From the NCBI RefSeq assembly GCF_963676685.1, contig NC_092350.1, positions 72,106,001 through 72,170,000 of the forward strand: a DNA stretch of 64,000 nt. The letters are read 5' to 3'. Shown piece by piece: positions 24,872 through 35,846 of the stretch (the stretch's first letter is position 1; each line of letters begins with the position of its first letter). A program made the position numbers and the translations under genes. Source of the stretch: Mytilus edulis (Eukaryota). Under the pieces are notes generated by a model. It saw only the letters and a program-made list of their open reading frames with translations, made no database searches and was not told the origin of the DNA.

Positions 24872-25096
24872 CTATGATATATATTTAGATCACCAATATT
24901 AGTCAAAGCAACATAGCCTGAACTTCCACTCAAATACAACGCCATATTTTCTCGATCTATACATTTGACTTTTAAATCAGACCACAGCGACATCTGTTGA
25001 CCAAACTGGAAGACACCAACTCGTCCACCAGTTATACTTGTATCATAGATGTCACCACTGTCTATCAGTAGAGAGTTGATGTCATAAATCTTTAAT
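24872..25096 (-). CDS. TSP-like exon B (end of TSP_C, start of LamG-like domain)
   Basis: LKIYDINSLLIDSGDIYDTSITGGRVGVFQFGQQMSLWSDLKVKCIDRENMALYLSGSSGYVALTNIGDLNIYH. Confidence 0.88.
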
Positions 25097-25233
25097 CTGT
25101 TTCAAAAAGATAAATAGAGCATAGATAAATTAACATGCCAGGTAGTGAATAAAAAAATTAGAAAGAATTTCCTAAAGACCTGTTTTCAATTGTCTGGAAA
25201 AATTGGTTTTAACTGATTTTGACATTTACATTA

Positions 25234-25438
25234 CTGTAAATTCAGAAATTATTGCGATATTTTTATTAATGCCAAAAAATGGACAAGGTTATAATCGCAA
25301 AAATTTAAACTCACATATGAATTTTTTCATATGAATTTAACAGGATTTTTCTAAATATCCCAAAAACTAAAATCGCATTTTAGTCTAAAATAGCAAAATT
25401 GCAATTATAAATGCACACAATAATTTCTGAATTTACAG
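25234..25438. mobile_element. MITE with TA TSD
   Basis: TA|CTGTAAATTCAGAAATTA...TAATTTCTGAATTTACAG|TA; related remnants at ~20450-20616 and ~23350. Confidence 0.8.
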
Positions 25439-25457
25439 TATATCTATTTTAACTTAA

Positions 25458-25850
25458 GGATGTACTCAAGTGATGTTTTGGAATTTGTGTCAAATGTTCG
25501 ACCTCCTTGGTGTTTTTCCATACAATAAAATGTAAACCCCATAACACCCATTTATTTTTTCATATAAGACTTTAAAATAGCGCATGAAAGGTCATTTACC
25601 AAAATTTTTGAAGATTCTTAATTTTCTTTCTTTTGTTTTGAGAACTAATAATACCAATGCAAATATATGGTAAAATTCCGAGTCAGCCTTTTCCCGCCAT
25701 ATTTTAAATCTCAAATATCTCGAAAAGGAGGTCCATGACCTGTTAATATGTTTAGCTTATTTTTATCCTTAATTGATGCTCTACCAGTTTATAGTACTAA
25801 TTTTAACTTCTTAATTTATTGATTTTCACCTAACCTCACTTAGTACACCC
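25458..25850. mobile_element. MITE with TTAA TSD (Kolobok-like termini)
   Basis: TTAA|GGATGTACTCAAGTGA...TCACTTAGTACACCC|TTAA. Confidence 0.75.
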
Positions 25851-26174
25851 TTAATTTTAGCATGATTTTGGTGTTTTTCATGTCTCTTCAGAATCATGTG
25901 ATATATCATCTTCATAATTTGACACTTTATAATGATTGAAAGGTTCCCTCTTATGTTCAATATCAATGGACGGACCTATGTTTTAATTAGAACAAATAAC
26001 ACAACAAAAGATAAATCGAGGGCTACAAACAGTTTTCAAAAATAGACAAATATACATGTCAGACTGAAAATCATTTGGAGTCTAACAAAACAAAACAAAC
26101 CCACATTATTATATGACACTTATGTAGACAGTAACATAAATATATGGCAGAAGTATACTGGTACAGTATCTTAC

Positions 26175-26347
26175 CTTATTTTACCCAGTTCTGTGTTGTG
26201 TGTAAGAAACCATTTATAAGAAGTGAAGTTGCTCCAGGCTACCAGGCTGGGGTCATGCCAAAGAACTGTTAACTCGTTGTCTGTTGATGTATCAAGTCAT
26301 AAGACCTCAGCTAATGACTATGATGGTCCACTGTTGGAATCGACTGC
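26175..26347 (-). pseudogene. TSP-like exon A (TSP_C) with two in-frame stops
   Basis: AVDSNSGPS*SLAEVL*LDTSTDNELTVLWHDPSLVAWSNFTSYKWFLTHNTELGKIR; TAG at 26320-26318, TGA at 26299-26297; donor GTAAG. Confidence 0.88.
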
Positions 26348-26828
26348 CTAAAATTTACTCTGACAGTTATACTTTTTATTTAAAAAATTCAATCATTTTT
26401 ACTAAATAAAAATTTTTCACCTGTCATAAGTCAGGAATCTGATGTTCAGTAGTTGTTGTTTGTTAATATGGTTCATAAATGTTTCTTGTTTTTTTTATAT
26501 AGATTAGACTGTTGGTTATTGTGTTTTACACTAGAATTTTTTTGGGGCCCTTTATACTGGTAGCTTGCTGTTTGGTGTGAGCCAAGGCTCCGTGTTGAAG
26601 ACCATACCTTTACCGAAAATGGTTTACTTTTATAAATTGTGACTTGGATGGTGGGTTGTCTCATTGGCACTCATACCACATCTTCCTATATCTACTGACT
26701 GCTTGTTCTATATGTGTTTGTTTGCACTTACTTTAGCGTACAATTTATACAGAGTTTTCATTGTCAGCCATATATCATACTGGAAAGTTAACACAAATAA
26801 AAAAGAAGTGTTATCTTCCCCCTCCCGC

Positions 26829-27031
26829 TTTTCTACCTCAGGCATAGATTACCTTAGCTGTATTTGACAAAAATTTTAGGAATTTTTGTCCTCAATGCTA
26901 TTCAACTTCGTACTTTGTTTGGCCTTTTTAACTTATCTGGATTCGAGAGTCACTGATGAGTCTTTTGAAGACGAAACGCGCGTCTGGCGTATATACTAAA
27001 TTTAGTCCTGGTATCTATGATGAGTTTATTT
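26829..27031 (+). mobile_element. Hammerhead-bearing interspersed repeat with complete 3' end
   Basis: TTTCTACCTCAGG...CCTGGTATCTATGATGAGTTTATTT; same family as 3270-3504. Confidence 0.8.
26948..26989 (+). ncRNA. Minimal type I hammerhead ribozyme, full core
   Basis: GTCA-CTGATGA-GTCTT(TTG)AAGAC-GAAA-C(GCGC)G-TC/TGGC; predicted cleavage after 26984; palindromic GCGC loop III. Confidence 0.88.
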
Positions 27032-27203
27032 ATGGTATTACATTACATGTTATACTAGTACACAAAGCCATTATGAAAGTTTAGTTTATGTATCATTCGA
27101 CAAAACTAGATAAAATAATTAAATTGTACGTGCCCCACTATTTTGTTGATCGAAAACTCGTTAACGGTTATTTTTGTGCTAAGTTTACACTGTACCAAAA
27201 TGC

Positions 27204-28871
27204 TTAACCATCTTTTTCGTTTGCTACAAGCAAAGTCTTAAATTCGCTGATATAGTCAATTGCCCATGGAGAACCACACAGTTCTGATTCTGACAGGAGT
27301 ATTTTGTGCTTTATACCATCAGATGCTATTGCAATAACGTTTCTTGATTCGCCCCCGATGACAAAAATGTTTCCGTGTTCATCTATTGTTATACATTTGG
27401 GACCTTTTAGAGCAGCATTATCTGTAAACGTCCATAGTTTATCCCCGTTTCTCTTCTGACAGACGATCGCATTTGTATAACTTTCTGTACAGTATAATGA
27501 ATTGCCGAAGGCAGCGAAGAAAGTCGTTGAGATCATAGTACTGCCAATGGAAATTGCATTCGTATCATCTAAGCTGATTTCCTGCAATTGTCCTTTTGTG
27601 GGACACACTATAAGTTTACCGTCAATATAAGCTAAGTCAATCGAATAGAAATGAGTAGGAATGCTTCTGAATACTTTCCCTGATTTAAGACTAACTAGTT
27701 CTATATTATTCCTAATAATTGATGTTACCGCAACAGTTTCATTGTCGATGCATGTAACAGCATGAATACCTGGAATGATGTTTTCTATTTTTTTTTCTAT
27801 TTTTCCATCAGATGAAAGCAATATCAAATACGAAGGCTTAAAGTTTGCCACCACAAGTTTGCCACCAGGTGAAATACAACAACCTGACACATCAGTAGTT
27901 GAAGTATTTATTCTTGCTTTTAATTCCAGTTTTATCTGTTCAACAGAATATTTACATTCCACATTTACTTTCATCAGCTGAGCCTGGCCCTCTTTCCTCC
28001 TTTGTAACGACAGCTGACACGATTGTACATCTACAACAGGTTTTCCGAACGTAGTTATTTCTTCATTAATCCTATTTAATACAGTATTTAACTCGTAAGA
28101 AATTACGGTTTTAGCCAAACTACCATCATTAATCCAAGACTGCATGTCATTTTCTGTTTTATTCAGTTTAGTTTCTAAAAGCTTTGTTGCTATAGATGTT
28201 TGCATATCGGTTGCATGATTTTTTATGCTTTCTACATCTTCTATACAGTCATCTATTTCTCTTTGGGTTTTCTTCAGAGATGCAATGAAAGTTTGTATTT
28301 GTTGGGTCGATTTTTCCACAGCTTTGTTTAATTCAGCAATAAAATGGTCTTGTATGTTATCAAGATGTTGATTTATCTGGCGTCTAATCGCTGATATCTC
28401 GGACTCTAGTTTTTGTTTCCAATCTGATAGTGAAGACACATTCTGTTGTTTTTCCTCGAGGATAAGTTTGAGATTTTCGTTCATTTCTTGGAATGAGGAC
28501 TCGATTTCTGTAAAGGCTACTGATGTTTTAGCATTCTGAATGACATCTTCGACAGGGCATATTTCTTTACATTCTGCGTGATTTTCAGAAATGACGCATT
28601 TTCTACACAACATGGCATTGTGCTTCTTGCAAAACAATAGATACTTCTCGTCGTGTTCATCGCAGTTCAGATTAATGTTTGCAATAAAAGATGGCAACTT
28701 ATGATATGTGTCAATAGGAACAGTCTTGTGGTTTCGCGATGACTTTGACAAGCTATGATGTTCTGTACAGTCTTGACAAAGTCCTTCATCGCAGTCTTGG
28801 CACCAAACCACTGAGAGCTCAGAGACATGTCTTGAAGTACAAACACCACAATGATCAAAAGAGGAAGCCAT
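27204..28871 (-). CDS. TRIM-like copy 3, 555 aa, C-terminal strand lost to CAA>TAA
   Basis: TTATAG|GTT ATG; after the stop the frame reads AFWYSVNLAQK* (to 27168), homologous to AFLYSVNY in the paralogs. Confidence 0.88.
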   Translation of the reverse strand: MASSFDHCGVCTSRHVSELSVVWCQDCDEGLCQDCTEHHSLSKSSRNHKTVPIDTYHKLPSFIANINLNCDEHDEKYLLFCKKHNAMLCRKCVISENHAECKEICPVEDVIQNAKTSVAFTEIESSFQEMNENLKLILEEKQQNVSSLSDWKQKLESEISAIRRQINQHLDNIQDHFIAELNKAVEKSTQQIQTFIASLKKTQREIDDCIEDVESIKNHATDMQTSIATKLLETKLNKTENDMQSWINDGSLAKTVISYELNTVLNRINEEITTFGKPVVDVQSCQLSLQRRKEGQAQLMKVNVECKYSVEQIKLELKARINTSTTDVSGCCISPGGKLVVANFKPSYLILLSSDGKIEKKIENIIPGIHAVTCIDNETVAVTSIIRNNIELVSLKSGKVFRSIPTHFYSIDLAYIDGKLIVCPTKGQLQEISLDDTNAISIGSTMISTTFFAAFGNSLYCTESYTNAIVCQKRNGDKLWTFTDNAALKGPKCITIDEHGNIFVIGGESRNVIAIASDGIKHKILLSESELCGSPWAIDYISEFKTLLVANEKDG

Positions 28872-30056
28872 AACCTATAAAAACAATCTCATATTATCAT
28901 AAAGTATCACATATGTTTAAATAAGGAATGAAAATAAAACACAATGAACTGGGTCAATTTCCCTTAATTATTTTCAATAGGCGTTAATGGTAACGTCTTT
29001 TCCTGTAGCTCAGTCCATATCGTAAACTGTGATATGTAAGATGATTTGTTTCGAAGCTGATACATTTGCACATATGTTGTTAAATTTTCGGGCTAAGAAG
29101 TGTGATGATTTTTTCCGTTAATAAGCATACCCCGAAAATCATTTCGTGATTTGGCTCCTCGAGGTACAAAATCCCTTTATTTTCACAATAAGTTCTTTAA
29201 TTTAATTAAGATTTAATAATTTGAACACATTTCATAGCACCTTAGTTTTTACACAATTATTCTAGGTTCCTCTCCTTTCCAAATCAATACAAATAGTTAA
29301 GATTAGTCTATTGAGGCGCATTAAGGATATTGACCCACCTGAACAATTAACTATATGAAATATGTAGCTGATTTCAGGTTTCTACGACTTATGTTTAGCC
29401 TGGATATTATATATACATATTGCAATCTGATCAAGTCATTCTAATTATAAGTTGTATAGTATTTTCTGATTTCGAAATCATTCTCTTTTAAGGCTCAAGC
29501 AGTCATCATGTTGTACTTACTACAGTCGGAAACTACTTGTAAAAATATATTTAGGTCAATGATTGAATTGAGTAGGGTTTATCCCTGTATAATGACGAAA
29601 TTTATGTGTGTTTATAAACTTTTAAAATAGAAAATCCCAATTACACCGCTTTGTGGTGTTTTTGACAGATACAAGCTTCTAATTGGGCTGTATCGGTTAC
29701 CCCTTTATCACATAAACCATTGGTTTATAAGGAAATGTTTACAGTATGTTTTTCACATTTTCATTCATTTAATTTAGTCAACTTCATGGGTGTCCGTCCG
29801 CCGTGACTTCAGTTTGCTTAACCTTCATTAAGAGCTACATCTACATACTTCAAAATTTTGAAGATTACAAGAAGGCACCTACCAGGATTTTTTTTAAAAT
29901 CTGAGCATACTTAGAATAAATTCAAAACATGCTTTGTAAAAAATATTTGCAAAATTAGCAAACACCAGATTTTGATCTAACAATAAATATGTCTTTCTGC
30001 AAAAGACTTAAATTGTTCCACCTCTGGGTATGGTAGGGAAGTCCAGGAAAACATGT

Positions 30057-30490
30057 TTAAAATTGGTAATTTGTGGGAGATAATTGATGTTCAAATTTTG
30101 TTCTTTTGCAGTCTTGCTTTTTTAAGTTTGATACTAGTTGGTGTTGAATTTTGTAAAGCATGGTGACTAATGCAAGATTTCTTCTTTTTTTGAAGAGTCG
30201 GCCAGATGTTCCAACATAGCTGTCACACTGCTTTGACAGCTGTATTGATAAAAATCGCAGCACTTCTCTGAATCATTTGAATTAATGTAATTGCTGTTTC
30301 TGTCAGGGGTCCCATACAACACTACAATATTCTATATTTGGTGTGACGTATATTTTGTTTACAAGTTATTTAGTTATATGCTGCTGGTTTTACGTTTCTT
30401 TTAACAAATCTTAATGTTGCTTTTGCTTTATTTGTGGTGTTAATAATATTGGAGTTCCATGAAGTCAGATCATGAGTGAAACGTACCCAT
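30057..30490 (-). mobile_element. Degenerate CR1/L2-type LINE ORF2 fragment
   Basis: Remnants WNSNIINTTNKAKATLRFVKRNV and RRNLALVTMLYKIQHQLV. Confidence 0.6.
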
Positions 30491-33320
30491 TATAATATTG
30501 TTTTCACTGAAATTCAGTACCTATAGTTATATAAGTATTTAAGAAATAATGACCAATACGTGTATGATCCTGTATACAAATCAGCTGGAGACAAATGTCC
30601 GTAGTCCGTAGTTCGTTTGGTAATTTATTTGAAAGGTGAACTTTTAAATGAATTGGTTTAATTTAATAAAAGGTAGAAACTTTTTTGCCGTATTTTACTT
30701 TATTTGGTGTGATTAGTAGAGGAGAACAAATTTAAATAATAATATATATTCATTTTATCACAATATCTGGATAAAATCTATGGTTTAAATATTCTGCCAT
30801 GTGATAAAATAGTGCTATGTAAATCTACATCATAAAACAGACAAAATTAAAAGTTGTTTGATTCAAATTAAATTAACACATAATTTTATATTGTTACAAA
30901 ACCAATTTTTAGCCTTTGGAAGTTGTTTTAGTATAACACAAGATAATTGTGCCACTCAAAACAGGAAACACACATTACACTGGCTTCATTTGAATATGCG
31001 TCATCTACATATGTATATCGGATTCGTGTGCTTCTTTTAAATACGTCCTGGATACTAGGAGTTTCCCATGCATCTTTTTGACAATACTTTCTAATTAAAT
31101 CAATGTTTACAATTGAGTCCTAACAAGAAGCAGTTAAAAGTTCAGGTCTGGTTTCAACTTGTCCCTCGGTTATTAAAATTTTGTTATTTACAGCATTTTT
31201 TGCTCAATCGCTTCCAACAAACCATTTTAGTATAAAGAATTTTTAATCCGATTTCTATGGAACTTTCTTATGTATTGGTAAACAATTGATGACCTTAATC
31301 TCGGGATTCACACGAACAGGATTGAAAGCTTAATGATAAAATAAAATTTGTGCTCTATCACTAATACACATTACCAGATTTTGCTAAACAATTTCTGATA
31401 GACTTAAATTCTTTGCGTATAGAACGATACCTCAAGACAAGTTATTTGTCTTATTAAGAAGCATCTTTTGGGTAACTCTCTAATGCATTCCTCATGTGTC
31501 TGTCTTTAAAAAAAATCTAGCAGCTTGTTGTTTTCGGTAACATATTAGGACTACTGATTCAGAACAACTCGAAGATAGCGTGTCATACATTTGTTTTAAA
31601 TCCGTTTTCCCAGTTGCAGACTTCTTTTTTTCATTTCTGATTTTATGTTATGAAGATCTTTTAACACTATCTTTTTTCCTGTTTTCTCCATTATATAGCT
31701 TTGTACCATCAGATAATTACCACTGTCTTGGTAAGAACTTAACTATGATAATGTTCTTCACACATATTTGTTATCATGAGTTTCTTTCCCATCCCTCGTT
31801 GTTCTTTGTTGTATGAAGAAAGAACAGTTTTGCCTAAAAGTGACCTGTTAAGGACGTTGACCTGTTTGGTGCTCAACGTTTCATGGTTTTGATGGTACGT
31901 GCTTCCCTTTTCCACAGCTGAACACAATGTTCCCTTTCAGATTTTCTATTACAAATGCAAACTCATTGTAGGAATGGAAATGTGCATTTAGGTCAATTTT
32001 TAAGGTGTGGTCTCATCCATTGTTTAAAAGTACTCACCCTTATTCAATTCATTTGGTCAGTACTTTTTTTCAACTGTCGATATAAGTCAGATACGGGTAT
32101 ATGATGTATTTTTTTCTTGAGGAGATGTCTTTATCAGTTTTCAAACTTTATTCAATTTGATAGGTTATAAAAGTTACAGTAACAAAAGTTTATAAGTATA
32201 AATGTTAAACTTGATATTTAATTATTATTCTTACATTTTAATTCCAGCGAGATATATTTTTACTCAGATCCTGCATAAATGCCACTGCCTTAAAAACATA
32301 TTGACCATCAATGATTCCGTATTATACTAAATGCATTTAAAAAAAGTATTCTATAAAATGGAGAGACATTTTTATTAAATATCTCACAAACTTATTACCT
32401 ATATTTTTGGCACATCACTGAACACCCAATTATAGAAAAAAGACACCCCATGCGAAATTCACAATTTGTTTTTTTTTATATTATATTGATCTTAATCTAA
32501 CTTTTATTAATTACGAGTAGAATTAAATCGGTACATTGGTTGTGTCTAACTCTTGTCTTTATGTTAGTCGTTTTGTCTTTCTTTTGGTTCTGATGAGTCA
32601 AACCATTTCCAACGGATTCTTTATTGTTCTTACGTGGGGATGTTACCGGACTTTTTCAGAGCAGCCGGAGAGATTTGAGTGCTCTCACAATTTTTTTTAT
32701 TAACCTATTTCTATACTGTATACGCCTGTATATTGGTGATTATTTTCGTTGATGAATTTGTTTTTGATTTCGTTTTTCAGAGATTAACATAAATTATCGA
32801 GATTGTCCCTTTTCACAAAAACAGACTGAAGAAAAAGACGTAAAAATAAGTATTGAAAACAAACTTCTTGTATAAATTTTATCAATGTATCATCTTATTA
32901 GCGTTGTGTTTTTAATAATTATGTTTCCTTCTCTGTATACCTTTGTGACTAAACTCATCATAGATGACAAGATTGAAATTTTACAAAAGACTGATCAGGT
33001 TCGCTCGAATCAAAAAATGGTAGGGTGTTAAGGAGCATTGAGAACCAAACATTCCCAAGAGTTTGCAATATACAGCTAAGCTAATCTATTCCTGAGGTAG
33101 AAATTATTCTTGATTTCGAAGGAGATTTTAACCAATTGCCAACAAAACTCCAAGCAAACACGTTGAGATCAATAAAACATCAACAGAACATGTAAGATAA
33201 ATAAGAAATATTTTTAAAAACTTTTATTTAGATGTCATTTATGTATCGTAATGCATCTTTTGTCAAGGTCTTTGTAATTCTATCATTCTATCATGTCTAT
33301 AAAGGGTTGGCAAAGTTTCG

Positions 33321-33794
33321 ATAAAAGAGGGACGAAAGATACCAAAGGGACAGTCAAACTCATAAATCTAAAACAAACTGACAACGCCATGGCTAAAATG
33401 AAAAAGACAAACAGAAAAAACAATAGTACACATGACACAACATAGAAAACTAAAGAATAAACAACACGAACCCCACCAAAAACTAGGGGTGATCTCAGGT
33501 GCTCCGGAAGGGTAAGCAGATCCTGCTCCACATGTGGCACCCGTCGTGTTGCTTATGTGATTACAAATCCGGTAGGTCACATTCATGAAAGGGAAGGGGA
33601 TTGTAGTTACGACGTAAGGAACATATCCGAAATCATTTGTGAAACGGTTATTCCATAACGGTCAACCAACTCGTGATGGCGTCCGTAAAATTTACGAAGG
33701 GATGATTTCAACTTCACCATTTGGAAGTCTTGGTTTAATAGCTTCCTTGTGAGCAGTAACCCTCTATCAAGAAAATCATGATAGGAGATGCAAG
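33321..33794 (-). mobile_element. 5'-truncated copy of the Penelope-like RT element
   Basis: Near-identical reverse complement of 51408-51895. Confidence 0.9.
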
Positions 33795-34154
33795 GTCATG
33801 TAGGTCGATGTCTGTAAATGAACTCGAAATATTAATTGCTAAGACGTCAACTCAGTAATATCCTTTATCAGTAAAATACGAAATGTTGAAAATATACGGA
33901 GACGTTCTTTTAATCATGAGAGTGCTACTGTTAAGTTTCGTAAAATTCAACAAGGTCCGAGAAAGTTATTGATGTCTGACGATAACGAAGCAAACGACGA
34001 CAGAATGAAGGATCACTATGTTTCCCTTCTACGACATGCAACGAGTGTTAGAAAAATCCCGGAATGAAAGTTTATGCAGGTTATTTGTACGACATATCTA
34101 TAATTAAATATATTTATAATTTTGAGTAAAACAATAAAACATCTAAAAATACAG

Positions 34155-35846
34155 TTACGAGTAGTGTACACTGTACAAAAATGCTTGACCATCTTTTTCG
34201 TTTGCTACAAGCAAAGATTTCAATTCGCTATTGTAGTCAATTGCCCATGGAGAACCACATAAGTCTGTTTCTGTCAAGAGTATTTTGTGCTTTGTGCCAT
34301 CAGATGATATTATAATAACATTTTGTGATTCCCTTCCGGCGACAAAAAGATTTCCATGTTCATCTACTGTTATACCTCTGATTCCTTTTATAACCGTTTC
34401 GTCTGTAAAAGTCCATAGTAAATCTCTGTTTCTGTTTTGACATACTACTGTATTTTTATCTTGCCCTATAGAATAAAGATTATTCTCAAATGAAGCTACG
34501 TATGTTGATACCTTATTACTGCCAATTATATTTGTCTTGGTATCCTCTAGCCCGACCTCCAGCAAATGTCCTTTATCAGAAGAAATTATAAAACTGCCTT
34601 TAATGTAAGTTAAACCATAGGAAAGTGAATCTGTATGTATGCTTCTGAATGCTTTTCCCGATTTTAGATTTACAAGTTTTATATTCTCCTCATTATTTGA
34701 TACTACCGCAACAGTTTTATTGTCGACACATGCAACATCATAAATATAAGGCATTATGTTTTTAATTGGCTTTTCATATTTTCCATCAGGTGCAAACAAT
34801 TTCAGATACGAAGGATCAAAGTTTGACACCACAAGTTTGCCGCAAGGTAAAATACAACAGCCTGATACATCAGTACAGAAAGTTTTGAAATTAGTTTTTA
34901 ATTTCAGCGTTATATGCTCAACTGAAGTTTTAGGTTCCAGACTTACCGTCAACTGTGCTTGTCCCTCTTTTCTTTTTTGTAATGATAATTCCCACGGTTG
35001 GACATCTATAATAGGTTTACCGAACGTAGTTATTTCGTTACTGATATTTTGAAGTAAAGAGTTCATCTTGTAAGACACTACGGTGAGACCTAAACTAGAA
35101 CCCTCAGTCCAACACTGCATGTCGTTTTCTGTTTTATTCAATTTGGTTTCTAATAGTTTGATACCTAAAAATGTTTGCATGTTTGTTGCATATTTCTTTA
35201 TGGTTTCTACATCGTCTATGCACTCATCAATTTCATTTTGGGTTTTCTTCAGAGATGCAATGGAGCTCTGTAATTGTTGGGTTGAACTTTCTACAGCTTT
35301 GTTAAGTTCAACAATGAAATGGTCTTGTATTTGATCAAGGTGTTGATTTATCTTATGTCGAATCGCTGATATCTCGGATTTGAGTTTATTTTTCGAATCT
35401 GACAGTGACGATATATTCTTTTGTCTGTCCTCAACAATTAGACGCATGTTTTCATTCAATTCTTGGAATGACGACGAGATTTCTGCAAATGCTACAGATG
35501 TTTTAGCATTTTGAATCACATCTTCAATGGGGATTATTGCTTTGCATTCTGTGTGTTTCTCAGAAATAGCGCATTTTCTACATAAAACTTCATCGTGCTG
35601 CTTGCAAAACAATTGGTACTTCTCATCGTGTTCATCGCAGTGCAGTTTAATGTTTGCAATAAAGGATGGCAACTTATGATATTCATCAATAGGAACAGTC
35701 TTGTGGTTTCGTGATGCCTTTGACAAGCTATGATGTTCTGAACAGTCTTGGCATAGTCCTTCATCGCAGTCTGGGCACAAAACCACTGAGAGCTTTGATA
35801 CATGTCTTGAAGTACAAACACCACAATGATCAAAAGAGGAAGCCAT
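34155..35846 (-). CDS. TRIM-like copy 4, intact 563 aa
   Basis: TTATAG|GTT ATG; both B-boxes, coiled coil and propeller complete (ends QAFLYSVHYS*). Confidence 0.93.
   Translation of the reverse strand: MASSFDHCGVCTSRHVSKLSVVLCPDCDEGLCQDCSEHHSLSKASRNHKTVPIDEYHKLPSFIANIKLHCDEHDEKYQLFCKQHDEVLCRKCAISEKHTECKAIIPIEDVIQNAKTSVAFAEISSSFQELNENMRLIVEDRQKNISSLSDSKNKLKSEISAIRHKINQHLDQIQDHFIVELNKAVESSTQQLQSSIASLKKTQNEIDECIDDVETIKKYATNMQTFLGIKLLETKLNKTENDMQCWTEGSSLGLTVVSYKMNSLLQNISNEITTFGKPIIDVQPWELSLQKRKEGQAQLTVSLEPKTSVEHITLKLKTNFKTFCTDVSGCCILPCGKLVVSNFDPSYLKLFAPDGKYEKPIKNIMPYIYDVACVDNKTVAVVSNNEENIKLVNLKSGKAFRSIHTDSLSYGLTYIKGSFIISSDKGHLLEVGLEDTKTNIIGSNKVSTYVASFENNLYSIGQDKNTVVCQNRNRDLLWTFTDETVIKGIRGITVDEHGNLFVAGRESQNVIIISSDGTKHKILLTETDLCGSPWAIDYNSELKSLLVANEKDGQAFLYSVHYS

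Larger units (their letters stand above)
19414..26347 (-). pseudogene. 3' portion (7 exons) of a thrombospondin-superfamily gene: TSP C-terminal domain followed by a LamG/concanavalin-like domain
   Basis: Exons 26347-26175, 25096-24872, 24432-24230, 23437-23367, 22786-22706, 20431-~20243, 19461-19414; AG/GT ends with matching phases (2,2,1,0,0,0); two stops in the first exon. Confidence 0.85.

Noticed and set aside
31739-31960. Possible DNA-transposase remnant (..IVFSCGKGKHVPSK..) on the minus strand
   Set aside because: Too short and degenerate to assign without a profile search.
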